A stretch of DNA of 64,000 nucleotides from Squalus acanthias (lineage: Eukaryota): NCBI GenBank assembly GCA_030390025.1, contig CM059432.1:50532001-50596000 (forward strand), given 5' to 3'. Every line of letters starts with the position of its first letter. The first letter of the stretch is position 1. The notes under the pieces are model-generated. The model was not told where the DNA came from, made no database searches, and was given only the letters and a program-made list of their open reading frames with translations. Shown here piece after piece: positions 1-12,919 of the stretch. A program made the translations under genes and the position numbers.

Positions 1-46
1 TCTGTTTTTATTTCAGATTTCCAGCATCCGCAGTATTTTGCTTTTG
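1..46 (+). mobile_element. Penelope-family terminal fragment (cut by window edge)
   Basis: tttcagatttccagcatccgcagtattttgc continues the 3' end of the Penelope copy at 28045-30016 and is the reverse complement of 14521-14560. Confidence 0.6.
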
Positions 47-1339
47 GACAACAATATCATCCTGCATTGTAATGCCCACTATCCAGGAAGACCCACAATT
101 TTTTCCATTCTCCAACTGTTTGCTTTGTTTGAAGGTGGCAGAAAATGTCCTTTTTTTTAATTCGTTCATGGTATCTGGGCGTCGCTGGCAAGGCCAGCAT
201 TTATTGCCCATCCCTAATTGCCCTAATGGCTCTTGATAGACCAGGGCTACCCAATGCAACCAGGGCTCCAGACCCCACACAAGAGTACACTACAGCCGAG
301 GCCACATCTGGAGCTGAGGCCATGATGCGGTAAGAAGGTTTGCAGGGTTTGATGCTGGAAGTCAGGCAGAGGCTGGAAGACTGCTGCTGATAGTGCTACA
401 TCAGTAAACTCCTTTGGCAAATTTAAATACTGGTATCTGATTGGTACCTGAGAACACATTGACATTATTTGTAATGACCAATCAGAAATGGAAGGGAAGG
501 ACATTTTTTTTATTTCTGAAGAGGTGAAATGCCACAACCAACCATCCTTATCAATAAAAATTTATGTTGTATTTGAATTCTGGTTTTACTGCAAGTTTGT
601 GTTTACATTTAGTTGATATGGAAACATTTGTGAATTTAATCATTTTGTTCTTCTTTCGCAGTGTGTACAATGGTTTCTCGAGGAGTGCTTTAGTAGATGC
701 AAGGGTTCATTTTACAAATTCCTGCTCGCACCATAGCAGTAGAGGACAATGGAAGGAGGGCGACTTGGATGGGAAATGCCGTTGACAGAGAGTTACAGTT
801 AAAGGGGAATTGGTAGAGTAGGGGTAGCCTGTAAGGAGCAACTGCAGCCAGTGGGGAGCTTGGGGGCGGGGACAAGGATTGGCAGCCAGCGATGGGTTGG
901 AATGGGAAATATAGCCAGCAGGTGTGGAGGAAGCTGATCAAAATCTTGCTCATCACGGTGGGCAGGGGGTGGGGGTGGTGGGGGGTGTGTAGGGGGGGGG
1001 GTGGGAAGCAGGAGAGGTATTGGGGCTACAGTCTTGCTCAGTAGGGAGGGTTCAGGCCAAAAACTACTTAGTGGGGGGTGGGGCATTAACTGCCAAATCG
1101 TTGTTCAATCTGGAGGGGAGGTATCGGGGGAGTAGGAGGTCCTTGTCAAAATCCTGCTCCATGTGTGGGCATTGGGCATTGATACTTTTCCCATGGTGGG
1201 GAGGGGTGGATGATGTGAGTCCTGAAATACTGCTCACCGTGGAGTGGGGGAACGTAATCATTCTCAGTGGCAGAGTGGAGATTGAGGGCCAATATTCTGG
1301 CTCAGTTTCAATGGAGTGCAGATTCAGTAAGCAAATTTT

Positions 1340-4300
1340 TTTTTTTTTAATTCATTCTTGGGATGTGGGCACTGCTTGCAAGGCCAGCATTTTTTGACTA
1401 TCACTAATTGCCCTTGAGAAAGTGGTGCTGAGCTGCCTTCTGAAAACGCTGCAGTAAGTGTGGTGAAGATACTCCCATAGTGCTGTTAGGTAGGGAATTC
1501 CAGGATTTTGACTCAGCGACGATGAAGGTGGTAGAGGTTGTGGGTTTGGGAGATGCTGCCTAAGAAGCCTTTGTGAGTTGCTGCAGTGCATCTTGTAGAT
1601 GGTACACACTGCAGCCACGGTGCACCGCTGATGGAGGGAGTGAATGTTTAAGGTGGTGGATGGGGTGCCAATCAATCAGGCTGCTTTGTCCTGGATGGTA
1701 TTGACCTTCTTGAGTGTGTTGGAGCTGCGCTATTCCATCACACTCCTGACTTGAGCCTTGTAGATGGTGGAAAAGCTTTGGGGAGTCAGGAGGTAAGAAT
1801 ACCCAGCCTCTGACCTGCTCTTGTAGTGAGAGTATTTATGTGGTTTGTCCAGTTAAGTTTCTGGTCAATGGTGACCCCCAGGATGTTGATGCTGGGGGAT
1901 TTGACGATGGTAATGCCATTGAATGTCAAGGTGCGGTGGTAGACTTTCTCTTGTTGGAGATGGTCATTGCCTGGCAGTTGTGTGGCGTGAATGTTGCTTG
2001 CCACTTATCAGCCCAAGCCTGAATGTTGTCCAGGTCTTGCTGCATGCGGGCACGGACTGCTTCATTATCTGAGGAGTTGCAAATGGAAATAAGCACTGTG
2101 CAATCATCAGCGAACATCCTCACTTCTGACCTTATGATGGAGGGAAGGACATTAATGAAGCAGCTGAAGATGGTTGGGCCTGGGACACTGCCCTGAGGAA
2201 CTCCTGCAGCAATGTCCTGGGGCTGAGATGATTGGCCTCCAACACCCACAACCATCTTCCTTTATACTAGGTATGACTCCAGCCAGTGGAGAGTTTTCTT
2301 CCTGATTCCCATTGACTTCAATTTTACTAAGGATCCTTGATGCCACACTAGGACAAATGCTGCCGTGATGTCAAGAGCAATCACTCTCGCGTCACCTCTG
2401 GAATTCAGCTCTTTTGTCCATGTTTTGACCAAGGCTGTAATGAGGTCTGTAGCTGAGTGGTCCTGGTGGAACCCAAACTGAGCATCGGTGAGCAGGTTAT
2501 TGATGAGTAAGTGCCGCTTGATAGCACTGTCGACAACACCTTCCATCACTTGCTGATGATTGAGAGTAGACTGACGGGGTGGTAATTGGCCAGATTTGTC
2601 CTGCTTTCTGTTGACAGGACATACCTAGGCAATTTTCCACTTTGTCAGGTAGATGCCAGTGTTATAGCTGTACTGGAACAGCTTATCTAAAGGCGTGGCT
2701 AGTTCTGGAGCACAAGTCTTCAGCACTACAGCCGGGATGTTGTCAGGACTCATAGCCTTTGCTGTATCCAGTGCGCTCAGCTGTTTCTTGATATCACGTG
2801 GAGTGAATGGAATTGGATGAAGACTGGCTTCTGTGATGGTGGGGACCTCAGGAGGAGGCCGAGATGGATCATCCACTCGGCACTTCAAGCTAAAGATGCT
2901 TGCAAACGCTTCAGCCTTGTCTTTTGCACTCACGTGCTGGGCTCCACCATCATTAAGGATGGGGACGTTCATGGAGCCTCCTCCTCCCGTTAATTGTTTA
3001 ATTGTCAACCACCATTCACAACTGGATGTGGCAGGACTGCAGAGCTTTGATCTGATCAGTTGGTTGTGGGATTGCTTAGCCCTGTCTATAGCATGCTGCT
3101 TCCGCTTTTTAGCATGCATGTAGTCCTGTGTTGCAGCTTTCCCAGGTTGGCACCTCATTTTTAGGTACACCTGGTGCTGCTCCTGGCATGCTCTTCTACA
3201 CTCCTTATTGAACCAGGGTTGGTCATCTGGCTTGATGGTAATGGTAGAGTGAGAGATATGCCGGGCCATGAGGTTACAGATTGTGGTGGAATACAATTCT
3301 GCTGCTGCTGATGGCCCACAGCACCTCATGGATGCCCAGTTTTGCGCTGCTAGATCTGTTCTGAATCTATCCCATTTAGCATGGTGGTAGTGCCATACAA
3401 CACGATGCAGGGTGTCCTAGTGTGAAGCATCTGCGACAGGTAGATTGGTGAGGATGAGTACAAGTAGATTTTTCCCTTGTGTTGGTTCTCTCACCATCTG
3501 CCGCAGACCAAGTCTGGCAGCTATATCCTTCTGGACTAGGTCAGCTGTCAGTATTGGTGCTATCGAGCCACTCTTGGTGATGGGCATTGAAGTCCCCCAC
3601 CCAGAGTACATTCTGTGCTCTTACTACCCTCAGAGCTTCTTCTAAGTGGTGTTCAACATGAAGGAGTACTGATTCATCAGCTGAGGGAGGACGGTAGGTG
3701 GTAATCAGCAGGAGGTTTCCTTGCCCATGTTTAACCTAATGCCATGAGACTTCTTGGGGTCTGGAGTCAATGTTGAGGACTTCCAACTGTATACCACTGT
3801 GGTGGGTCTGTCCTGCCGCTGGGACAAGACTTACCCAGGTATGGTGATGGAGGAGTCTGGGATGTTGGCTGAAAGGTATGATTCTGTGAATATGACTATG
3901 TCCGGCTGTTGCTTGACTAGTCTGAGGGACAGCTCTCCCAATTTTGACACAAGTCCCCAGATGTTAGTGAGGAGGTCTTTGAATGGTCGACTGGGCTGGG
4001 TATGCCTTTGTTGTGTCCGAATCCGATGCCAAGGTCGATTCTGGGTGATCCGTCTGGTTTTATTCTTATTTTTTTTTTTCATAGCATTTTGTTACAACTG
4101 AGTGGCTTGCTAGGCCATTTCAGAGGGTAGTTAAGAGTAAACCACATTGCTATGGGTCTGGAGTCACATATAGGCCAGACTGGGTGAGGACAGCAGATTT
4201 CCTTCCCTAAAGGATATTAGTGATGCACATGCATTTTTACGACTAGTTTCATGGTCACCATTACTGATACTAGCCGTTTATTCCAAATTTATTTAATTAA

Positions 4301-4410
4301 CTGAATTTAATTAAAATTAAACGGTGGGATTTGAACTCACATCTTCAGATTATTAGTCCAGGCCTCTGGATTACTACTCCAGTAACATAACCACTATGCT
4401 ACCATACCCG
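1340..4410 (-). mobile_element. Near-complete decayed non-LTR retrotransposon (CR1/L2-group ORF2: APE endonuclease + RT) with tRNA-like 5' head
   Basis: Frameshifted ORFs 3831-4082 (NIWGL...PDIVIFTESYL, EN start), 2625-3329, 2262-2549 and 1926-2255 (GVPQGSV, FADD); 3' tail at ~1340-1400. Confidence 0.85.
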
Positions 4411-4411
4411 A

Positions 4412-4547
4412 CAATGTTCCCTCTAATTTTTTGGGGGGCTGCGCGGACCATTGAAAAATCCACGTATGCGCAGTTTTTGCAATTAAAAACCTGCTCACCG
4501 GCTGCACGGGGCCTCTAGAGCAGCCGTGCAGCTTAAAGGAAATGTTG
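4412..4547. mobile_element. Short MITE, hAT-like
   Basis: Imperfect TIRs caatgttccctct / aaaggaaatgttg with internal inverted symmetry; candidate 8-bp TSD is degenerate. Confidence 0.45.
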
Positions 4548-5028
4548 GTACCTGTGGTGCACCAGTGTGAGGGAAGCAGATTTGCTCATTTGTCTGATTG
4601 GCTAGGGTTGGAAGACTGTTGCCTTGAGAGAGGGAGTGGGGGGCGCATGGACTTGTACCTCAGTGCTCCTTTCTTCTTCGCTGCACTTACCTGAATATCA
4701 TGTTCTTCTGCAGTCAGTTTCTTGGTCAATTCCCACTAGCTGTCTTCATAACAACATGCCTCATGGTATTTATGACTACTTGTGCTTCCAGGTCTTCTGT
4801 CCATTGTTGATGTTGGATGGGGGTTGCACTAATTTAATCAATCGTGCTTGTCGGCAAATCAACGACAATGCTTTCTACTGTGCTCTGATTTTTTGTTTCC
4901 GGTTGAGGGTTACTCTGCTTCTTCTCTTTGCTGAATTAGATATCAATTTTTCATCAGTTTCATTTAACTTCTTTAGGTTTATCCATTTCCGTTAGTCACT
5001 TTTTGGTCTTTCAATTTTTAAACAGAAT

Positions 5029-5134
5029 GGGGTAGATTGGAATTAATGGAATGAAAATCAGACAGGTTCTGAAAACAGTGTGCAATCTGCCACAATAGAT
5101 TACCACCTAGGCAGGAACGGTGAAAGTCTACCCC
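5029..5134. mobile_element. Small MITE, PIF/Harbinger-like
   Basis: TIR GGGGTAGA/TCTACCCC flanked by the 3-bp direct repeat AAT. Confidence 0.5.
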
Positions 5135-6399
5135 AATGTGAAATTGAACTCTCCTGAATTTGGTGTCACATATGTTCGGTAATGGCTCATTGAGCTGACA
5201 GCACCACCTAAAGGTGCAATTCCAATAGAATGTTGGACATGAAATTCACCTTGGGTGGTAGCGCAAAATGGACAATAGCGAATCAGCAGCCTGTTTACAC
5301 TTTGCCCGATTTCTTTTCCATTAACTTTAATGACCACATGCCATTTTTAATATGGAACAGATTGGGGACGATTTTTAACTCTACTCGCTCAGCACAAACC
5401 TGGCGGCTGGGCAGTTAAAATCGCCCTGGCTCTTACCTATCCGAAAGCCGCCATGATCCCAACATCTGCAATTTTAACCTGCTCTCCTGAGCAGGCAGCA
5501 AGGGCATGTGCCTGGAGCCAACAGGGTCCTTCTTTACACATGCATGTTGTGGCCCGATGACATCATTGAGACTCAACTGTAATTTTAACTCAGGCCTGAG
5601 CGGGGAATCCACCTGGAGTTAAAATCAGGAAAATGTTTAAAAGACTCAAATACAGAATCTTGAACTTTTAATCATAAGATTCTTGCATTACATGATGGAA
5701 ATTATTTTATTTTACAGTTTTGTATCACAGGAATACAATACAATCAACAGGTGCAAGCTATCACTAATAATGGTAAAATAATTTTTTAAATCTTTAACAT
5801 TATCCTTAATTTCCCCCAGATTTCTCCTCACAGGAGCTACTTGTCATCAGGCAGCTTCCTTTCACTAGGAAGTAATATTATTGGATGTGTTTATGTCTGT
5901 GATTGAATCACATTTTCTCCAAACAGTGGCATGACAGCTTGACTAGGCAGCTCTGGAGTGGGGGGAGGGTGGGGGCTAAAATTGTAATGTCTGTGCTATC
6001 AAACCACCCTAACTTCATTTTATAAATCACGCTATTGTCACTGGTTTATTATGTTGACCAGTTAGCCAGGAAGAAGCTAAATAATGTAAAGTCTCAATAA
6101 TTTGTCTGTTAAATTATGTGGATTACATAGACTAAAGTTAATGTCCTGAAGTCTCAAATTTACATTACAAACCTTCTCAGATTTGTAATGTAAATTTGGG
6201 GCTGCAGGACATTTACTTTAGTTGAAGGACAATTATAAATGTATATTTGTATAAATAGTAAATAGTGTTGCTGCTTGCTTCATAGGAATGGTGGAATATA
6301 GGGACTATTTTATTTATCATATTGGCATTCCAATAAGAAGTTGCCACTTAGTAACAACATGAAAATGTTCTGTTCTCCAATACTATTGTAGTTCAGTGA

Positions 6400-6467
6400 A
6401 GTGCTAGCCTTGTCTCAGTGGTAATAGGACATGAGTTCAAGACCCACTCCAGAGACTTGAGCGTATA
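6400..6467 (+). mobile_element. 5' head of a SacSINE1-like SINE (body resumes at ~8730)
   Basis: gagttcaagacccactccagagacttgagc matches the head of the SINE at 15575. Confidence 0.6.
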
Positions 6468-7659
6468 ACAGTATTCCCAACTCTCGAGAATCCATCACGA
6501 GAGATGCAATTTCTGAGTGAAATAAAGCATCACTTGCGATCTCACAATGGAACTCCTAAATCTCGGGATTTTGGGGGGGGGGGATTTGCGCCGAATGCCT
6601 GATGACGTCAATTTGCACTTGCGTGAAAAAAAACGCCCATTTGCTCATGAGAAAAAAAATACGCCGATTTCCGTATGTGCAAAAAAAAAGTTGATTTGTG
6701 CATGCGCAAAAAATACGCCGAAAGGTCGGGGCTCTGTGAACCGTCACTGGCTGAATTCTATTTTTTTGGTAGTTCTTTCTTGATGAAAGGCATTTGGAAA
6801 GATCGGAATTATTCAATTTATTTTAACAGTTCTCAACAGCCAAAAGTCTGGGGAGTATATTATACACAGGTACTATATTTATTGAAGATTCATGGTGAAA
6901 AGTGTGAGGATGATGTATTGCATGGGTATTATACTCAAAGATTTACGGTAATATTCAATGTGTCATACAATAGAAAAATGAATCCAAGTGTCCTTTGTAT
7001 TATTTCCAGTAGGAAACCTCATTAACGAGGTGGGTCGAGCTCTGAGCTCAGTCTGCTGACTTCAATCACTGCAGCGAATGTCTGGGCCTGTTAGAGAGCT
7101 AGGCCATGGCTAGGCATTTCTACTTCAAAGTTAGAAGCTCATAATTTTGTGTTTTCAAGGGAACTAGGATTGACGTGATAGAGAGGGTTCTGTATGGTCC
7201 ATCGTAGCTTAGAACACTGCACAGCTTTATTTGCTATTTTACATCTTGCTGCATCCTGCAGATTCCCTGTAGCCTTTACATAAAGCCCGCGGGAGGAGAG
7301 ATCTGAGTGCTCAGGATTATACCAAAACAGCAAATTCAAGAAACGGGTTTAGAACCAGGCGCCCTCAGGTCGAGAGAGCAGGTTGCCTGTAGTCGCAATA
7401 CGTATTGCTTTCACACACACGTCCCAAAAGAAACCAATTGGATACTGGATTCTGTCCACGGCTGACTGCGACTGAGATTTTATTAACTCTTCATTTTCAA
7501 AAGATTTTTGCAAATACCAAGATCAACAGGTAAGAATAATGAGAAGTAAATTGAAATAGAGCAGATCAGGCTTTTGAGCTGTTCAGTTACAGAACTGGCA
7601 TATTGACAATTGGATTTAAGTGAATACTGCAGGTGCATCAGCACTGCAAAGAAAGACTT

Positions 7660-7965
7660 GAAAGAACTTGCATTTATATAGCACCTTTCACGATCTCAGG
7701 ACCTCCCAAAACTCTTTACAGCCAATGAAGTACTTTTGAAGTGTAGTCACTGTTGTGATGTATGAAACGCAGCAGCCAATTTGCGCACAGCAAACTCTCA
7801 CAAACAGCAATGTGATAATGATCAGATAATCTGTTTTTAGTGTTGTTGATAGAGGGATAAATATTGACCAGGACACCTGGGAGAACTCTCCTGCTCTTCT
7901 TCGAAATAGTGCCGTGGGATCTTTTACCTCCACCTGAGAGAGCAGACAGGCCCTCGGTTTAACAA
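7660..7965 (-). mobile_element. SacSINE1-like (DeuSINE) body and tail
   Basis: Reverse complement of 16095-16360. Confidence 0.8.
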
Positions 7966-8149
7966 AAGACAGTCAGACAGTCAAACTTGCAAAGTAAGCC
8001 AGCAAGGTAAACAAATAGGAGTCATTGCTAAGTAGGCAACTAAGTAGCCAGGAGACCAGAGTATAGCACAAGGTAGCACGAACTGCAGTCATGGTGTAAT
8101 CATAGCTAATGGAAAAACAGATCATGGTGTGGGGGAGAGGAAAAGGGAA

Positions 8150-8480
8150 CAACAACAATTGCATTTATATAGTGCCTTTAACATAGTAAAACATCCCAAG
8201 GCACTTCACAGGAACATGATCAGACAAAATTTGACACCGAGCCACATAAGGAGATATTAGAACAGGCTTGGTCAAAGAGGTAAGTTTTAAGGAGCGTCTT
8301 AAAGGAGAAGAGAGCGGTAGAGAGGCAGAGAGTTTTAGGGAGAGAAGTCCAGAGCTTAGGGCATAGGCAGCTGAAGGCACGGTCATCAATGGTGGAGCGA
8401 TTAAAATCGAGAATGTGCAAGAATGCGGGAATTGGAGGAGTGCAGAGATCTTGGAGGGTTGTAGGGCTGGAGGAAGTTAT
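8150..8480 (-). mobile_element. L2-like LINE 3' fragment
   Basis: Translates RAFSCL.PKLW.SLP...FKTLLKTYLF; (TTG)n tail. Confidence 0.7.
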
Positions 8481-8729
8481 GTTCCGGAAAGAGTAACGAT
8501 CAAAAGCTGAGCGAGACTGGCCTGCGAGTAACATGACAGCGGGGCCACCGATACTCCTGCTCCTACTTCTTATGTTCTTATGGCAATAATCAGTAAGTGA
8601 TGGCCGAATGCGCTTCCTGTCCGGGAGCAAAGTTCAGTGAAGGTTCGGGTCGGGAAAAAATATCAACTCATGGTTTTTATACCAAATCTCTTGATTTATG
8701 AGATGGTGGGGTTTACATGTCTGATATAA

Positions 8730-9040
8730 TTTAAGCTGACACATCGGTGCATCACTGAGGGAGCACTGTACGGCATTGTTGAAGGTGCTATCTTTTCGAT
8801 GAGATGTTAAACTGAGGCCCCATCTGCTCTCTTAGGTGGACAGAAGAGATCCAATGGCACTATTTGAAGAAGAGTATGGGGGATCTCCTGGTGTCCTGCC
8901 CAATATTTATCCCTCAACTAACACCACTAAAACATATTATCTAGCCATTATCTCATTGTTGTTTGTGAGGCCTCACTGTACACAAATTTACAACAGTGAC
9001 TGCACTTCAAAAGTGCTTCATTGGCTGTGAAGCACTTTGC
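8730..9040 (+). mobile_element. SacSINE1-like SINE body
   Basis: Matches 15650-15727 plus 16095-16320. Confidence 0.75.
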
Positions 9041-11370
9041 GAAGGAAAATCTTACCCAGTATATAAAAGGCCCAACAAGAGAGGGAGCACAGCAAGAGCT
9101 GGATCTAGTAATGGGAAATGAACCAGAACAGATAAGAGAAGTAACTGTAGGGGAACATCTAGGCAATAGTGATCACAACACAATAAGGTTTAAGATAAAG
9201 ATTGAGAAGGACCTAAGTAAAACAAAGACCAAAGTAATAAATTGGAAAAAAGCTGATTTTATGGGGATGAGAATGGAACTAGGGAAAATAAACTGGAAAA
9301 ATTTACTAACAGACAGTAATCAACAGAGTTCAGGAGAAATATATCCCACTAAAAAGCAAGAACAAACTAGCCAGTAATGACACACCATGGATGAATAAAA
9401 AAATAAGGGCAAAATTGAAACTAAAGCAAAAGGCATACACTAAGTACATAGACAATAAAGGAGAGGATAACAAAAGGGAATATGAAAAGGTTAGGAAAGA
9501 AGTAAAAAAAACAATTAGAAAGGCAAAGAGAAGCTAGAAAATTAAATTATCAAGGAATATAAAAAGAAATACTAAAGTATTCTACAGGCACATAAATAAC
9601 AAAAGAAAAACCAGGATAGGGACTGGGCCACTAAGGGATACACATTATAAACTCACAGGTAATGACAGCAAAATGGTAGAAATATTGAATAATTACTTTG
9701 CCTCAGTATTTATCAGGAAGACTAACATGATGGGCATGACATTAGAAGAAGAGATCAAAAATGATTTAAAGACATTTAAGATAGAAAGGGGGAAATAATT
9801 GATAAACTAATCAAACTTAGAGAGTATAAAACCTCTGGTTTGGATGGATTGTATCGCACATATTAAAAGAAATTAGGGAAGAGATAGCAGAGGCACTATT
9901 ACATATATATAACAATTAATTAGAAAAGGGAATAGTGCCAGAGGACTGGCGGACAGCTAATGTGATTCCTATATATAAAAAGGGAGATAGAACAAATTCA
10001 GGGAAATATAGACCAATTAGCTTAACGTCGGTGGTCAGAAAGATAATGAAATCCTTAAACAACAATGTAATAGAAAAACATCTAGAAACTAAAAATATAA
10101 TAAAGAGTAGCCAGCACAGATTCCAAAAGGGAAGATCATGCTTGACCAACATTATTGAGATTATTGAATTCTTTGAAGATGTAACAGAAAGAGTAGACAA
10201 GGGTAATGCAGTAGATGTAATTTATCTAGATTTTAAAAAAAACTTTGATAAGGTAACACACAGTGGACTCATGACTAAGGTCAGAACATGTGGAGTCTGG
10301 AGACAAGTAGCAGAATGGATAGCAAGCTGGCTACAAAACAAAAAACAAGGAGTAGGAGTTAAAGGTAGTTACTCGGATTGGCAAATGGTGGGAAGTGGTG
10401 TTCCACAAGTATCGGTGCTGGGACCACTGTTGTTCACTGTTTACTTAAACAATTTGGAATTGGGAATTGGAAGTACAATATCAAAATTTGTGGATGACAC
10501 CAAATTGAGGGGTGTAGTTAATATAGAGGAGGACTGTGGCAAAATACAAGAAGACATTAATAAACTTGCAGAATGGACATGTAATTGGCAAATGAACTTC
10601 AATATAGATAAGTGTGAGGTAATACATTTTGGTAGGAAGAATAAGGAAGCCACATACTCCTTGGAAACTAAGTGTCTAAATGAGGAAGAAGAACAGAGGG
10701 ATCTGGGGATACACATAAACAGATCACTAAAAGTAGCGACACAGGTTAATAAGGTCATAAAAAAGTAAACAAAGCACATGGGTTCATTTCCAGAGGGATA
10801 GAATTGAAACACAGAGAAGTTATGTTAAACTTGTATAGATCACACTTGGAGTACTGTGAACAGTTCGGGTCTCCATATTATAAAATGGAGAAGGTGCAAA
10901 AAGATTCACTAGAATGATACCAGAACTGAGAGGTTATTCCTATCAGGAGAGATTGAACAGACTTGGGCTCTTTTCTCTAGAAAAAAGACTGAGGGATGAC
11001 CTGATGGAGGTCTTCAAGATTATGAAAGGATTTGAGAGGGTAGACATAGAGAAGGTGATTCCACTTGCAGGCGAGACCAGAACTAGGGGCCATAAATATA
11101 AGATAGATGCTAATAAATCCAATAGAGAATTCAGGAGGAACTTCTTTACCCAGAGAGTGGTTAGAATGTGGAACTCGCTACCACAGGGAGTAGTTGAGGT
11201 GAATCACATAGGTGCATTCAAGGGGAAGCTAGATAAGCACGAGGGAGAAAGAAATAGAAGGATATGTTGATGGGATTAGATGAAGAGGGGTGAGATGAGG
11301 CTTGTGTGGAGCATAAACACCGCATGGACCTTTTGGGCCAAATAACCTGTTCCTGTGTTGTAAATACTTG
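9040..11370 (+). mobile_element. CR1 LINE, 5'-truncated, decayed ORF2
   Basis: ORFs 9021-9377, 9935-10768 (PEDWRTANV, GRSCLTN, DVIYLDF, FVDD) and 10914-11270 (RNFFTQRVV.MWNSLP). Confidence 0.92.
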
Positions 11371-11514
11371 TAATTCAGCCCATCGGGCCTGTGCCAGCAC
11401 TTTGGTAGAGCTATCCAATTAATCCCACTCCTCTGCCCTTTCCCCATAGCCCTGTAAATATTTTTCCTTCAATTATTTATCTAATTCTCTTTTAAATGTT
11501 ACTATGGAATCTCT

Positions 11515-12900
11515 TACGAAGTACTCCCCCAGTGGCTGCAGCATGGCTGTTGGAAGGCTGCTGACTTTCAGCGGGGTAGATGGCAGATGGCCTTACAGGA
11601 TGACCTCGAGCAGCTCTGCGCCTAGTAGACCCAGCTTCGGACTGCACCACCTCGGCATGGGTAGCAGCAGTCTTGGCTGGCCGGCTGGCAGGCAACAGCA
11701 AGGGCACTGGCTGAGTAGCCGTGGTGAGAGGATGAATGCTGTCATCCTATGAGAGAACAGCAGGTTAGACCTTCACAGAGCCACTGTCTCTCCCCCAGGC
11801 GGCAGCTCAGCAATCCTAGTAATCTGCTGGAGGACAGATTGCTGGACTGCTGTGACACCCTGCAAGACCCTTCCAACACTGGTAAACCCAGCCATGATGC
11901 AGCGTGTGCTTGCGTGGCAGCAAGCTGAGGTTGCATGACTTCAGTCTGAGCTTCCATTGCAGCACTCAGACGTTGGATGGCTTCTGCTTGTGCTCCAGTG
12001 GAAGCTGAGACATCGGCCATCAGACGCTGCATGATGGTTGGGTCCACAAGTGCACTAATGAATCTGCCCACCCCTTCCACGCAAAGCCCTGTGCAAGGTT
12101 GGTGCTAGACTCCTCCATGCTCCTTGACACTGCATCAAACATTTTGTTGTGCATACCCATCAGCGTTCTTCTGTAGGCCGCCCCATTGAAGTCCTCATCT
12201 GAGTCCTGTGCAGCAGAACTCATGTGCGACCTCTCCATCCGGGGAGCTGGCTCCTGCGCTACCCTTTCCCCCTGGCCCTGGCTACAGTCCACGGGTGCCC
12301 AGTGACTCACCACATGCAGATCCTGCCCCTAAGCTACCCTCTAAAGTCCATGTAGTGCCAGTATCTATGCTGGTGGCTGCGAGTGTCAGATTGAGTGACA
12401 GTGTTTCTTCTTATCACTCTCCTATTCCTCTTGCACCACTGGCTGACCAGGTTGGCTTTCTTGGGTCTCTGAAATGAGAAAGGCACAAGGGTAGGGTTGT
12501 GGTGAGCAGGGGGAGGGGAGAGCAAGAGGTGTATGCTTACACCATCTGCAGCTTGTAAGTCAGAAGAGATTGTGGGATGAGGGGGAAGTGGGATGCGAGA
12601 AGGAAGATTAGGTATGAGCATACCGTCATCTGCAACGCTTTCAGGTCGCCTGTTTAAAGACGGCAATACCCCTTCGATGCCCTGCCTCTCTTCGGCATTG
12701 TGAGCTAATTTGTCCTGCAAGAAGATTGAGTGAATTAGGTGAAGGCTAGCAATTGGGATAGTCTGCCAGGTGACATTGGACAGCTGTGGTAAGAGATATA
12801 CTGTTAAAGTGAAGGAAGGGGTCTTAATATTATTCATGCAAGTAATTGCGGTTGGGGAGGATGGTGACCCATACTGCAAGATCTTCAGTTAATGTCCCCC
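11515..12900 (-). mobile_element. Internal fragment of a probable PIF/Harbinger Myb/SANT-like accessory gene
   Basis: Broken ORFs 11742-12879 including DKLAHNAEERQ and an Ala/Gln-rich coiled C-terminus; similar in character to the TIR-bounded element at 58712-60452; no TIRs seen. Confidence 0.45.
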
Positions 12901-12919
12901 TTAACCAAAGTGCAGTGTG

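Noticed and set aside
200..790. Possible exons of an upstream gene (donor GTAAGA ~330, acceptor ~661)
   Set aside because: No recognisable protein similarity and no consistent exon chain.
5195..5220. CTCF-like motif GCACCACCTAAAGG
   Set aside because: Partial match only; cannot be supported without a PWM scan or ChIP data.
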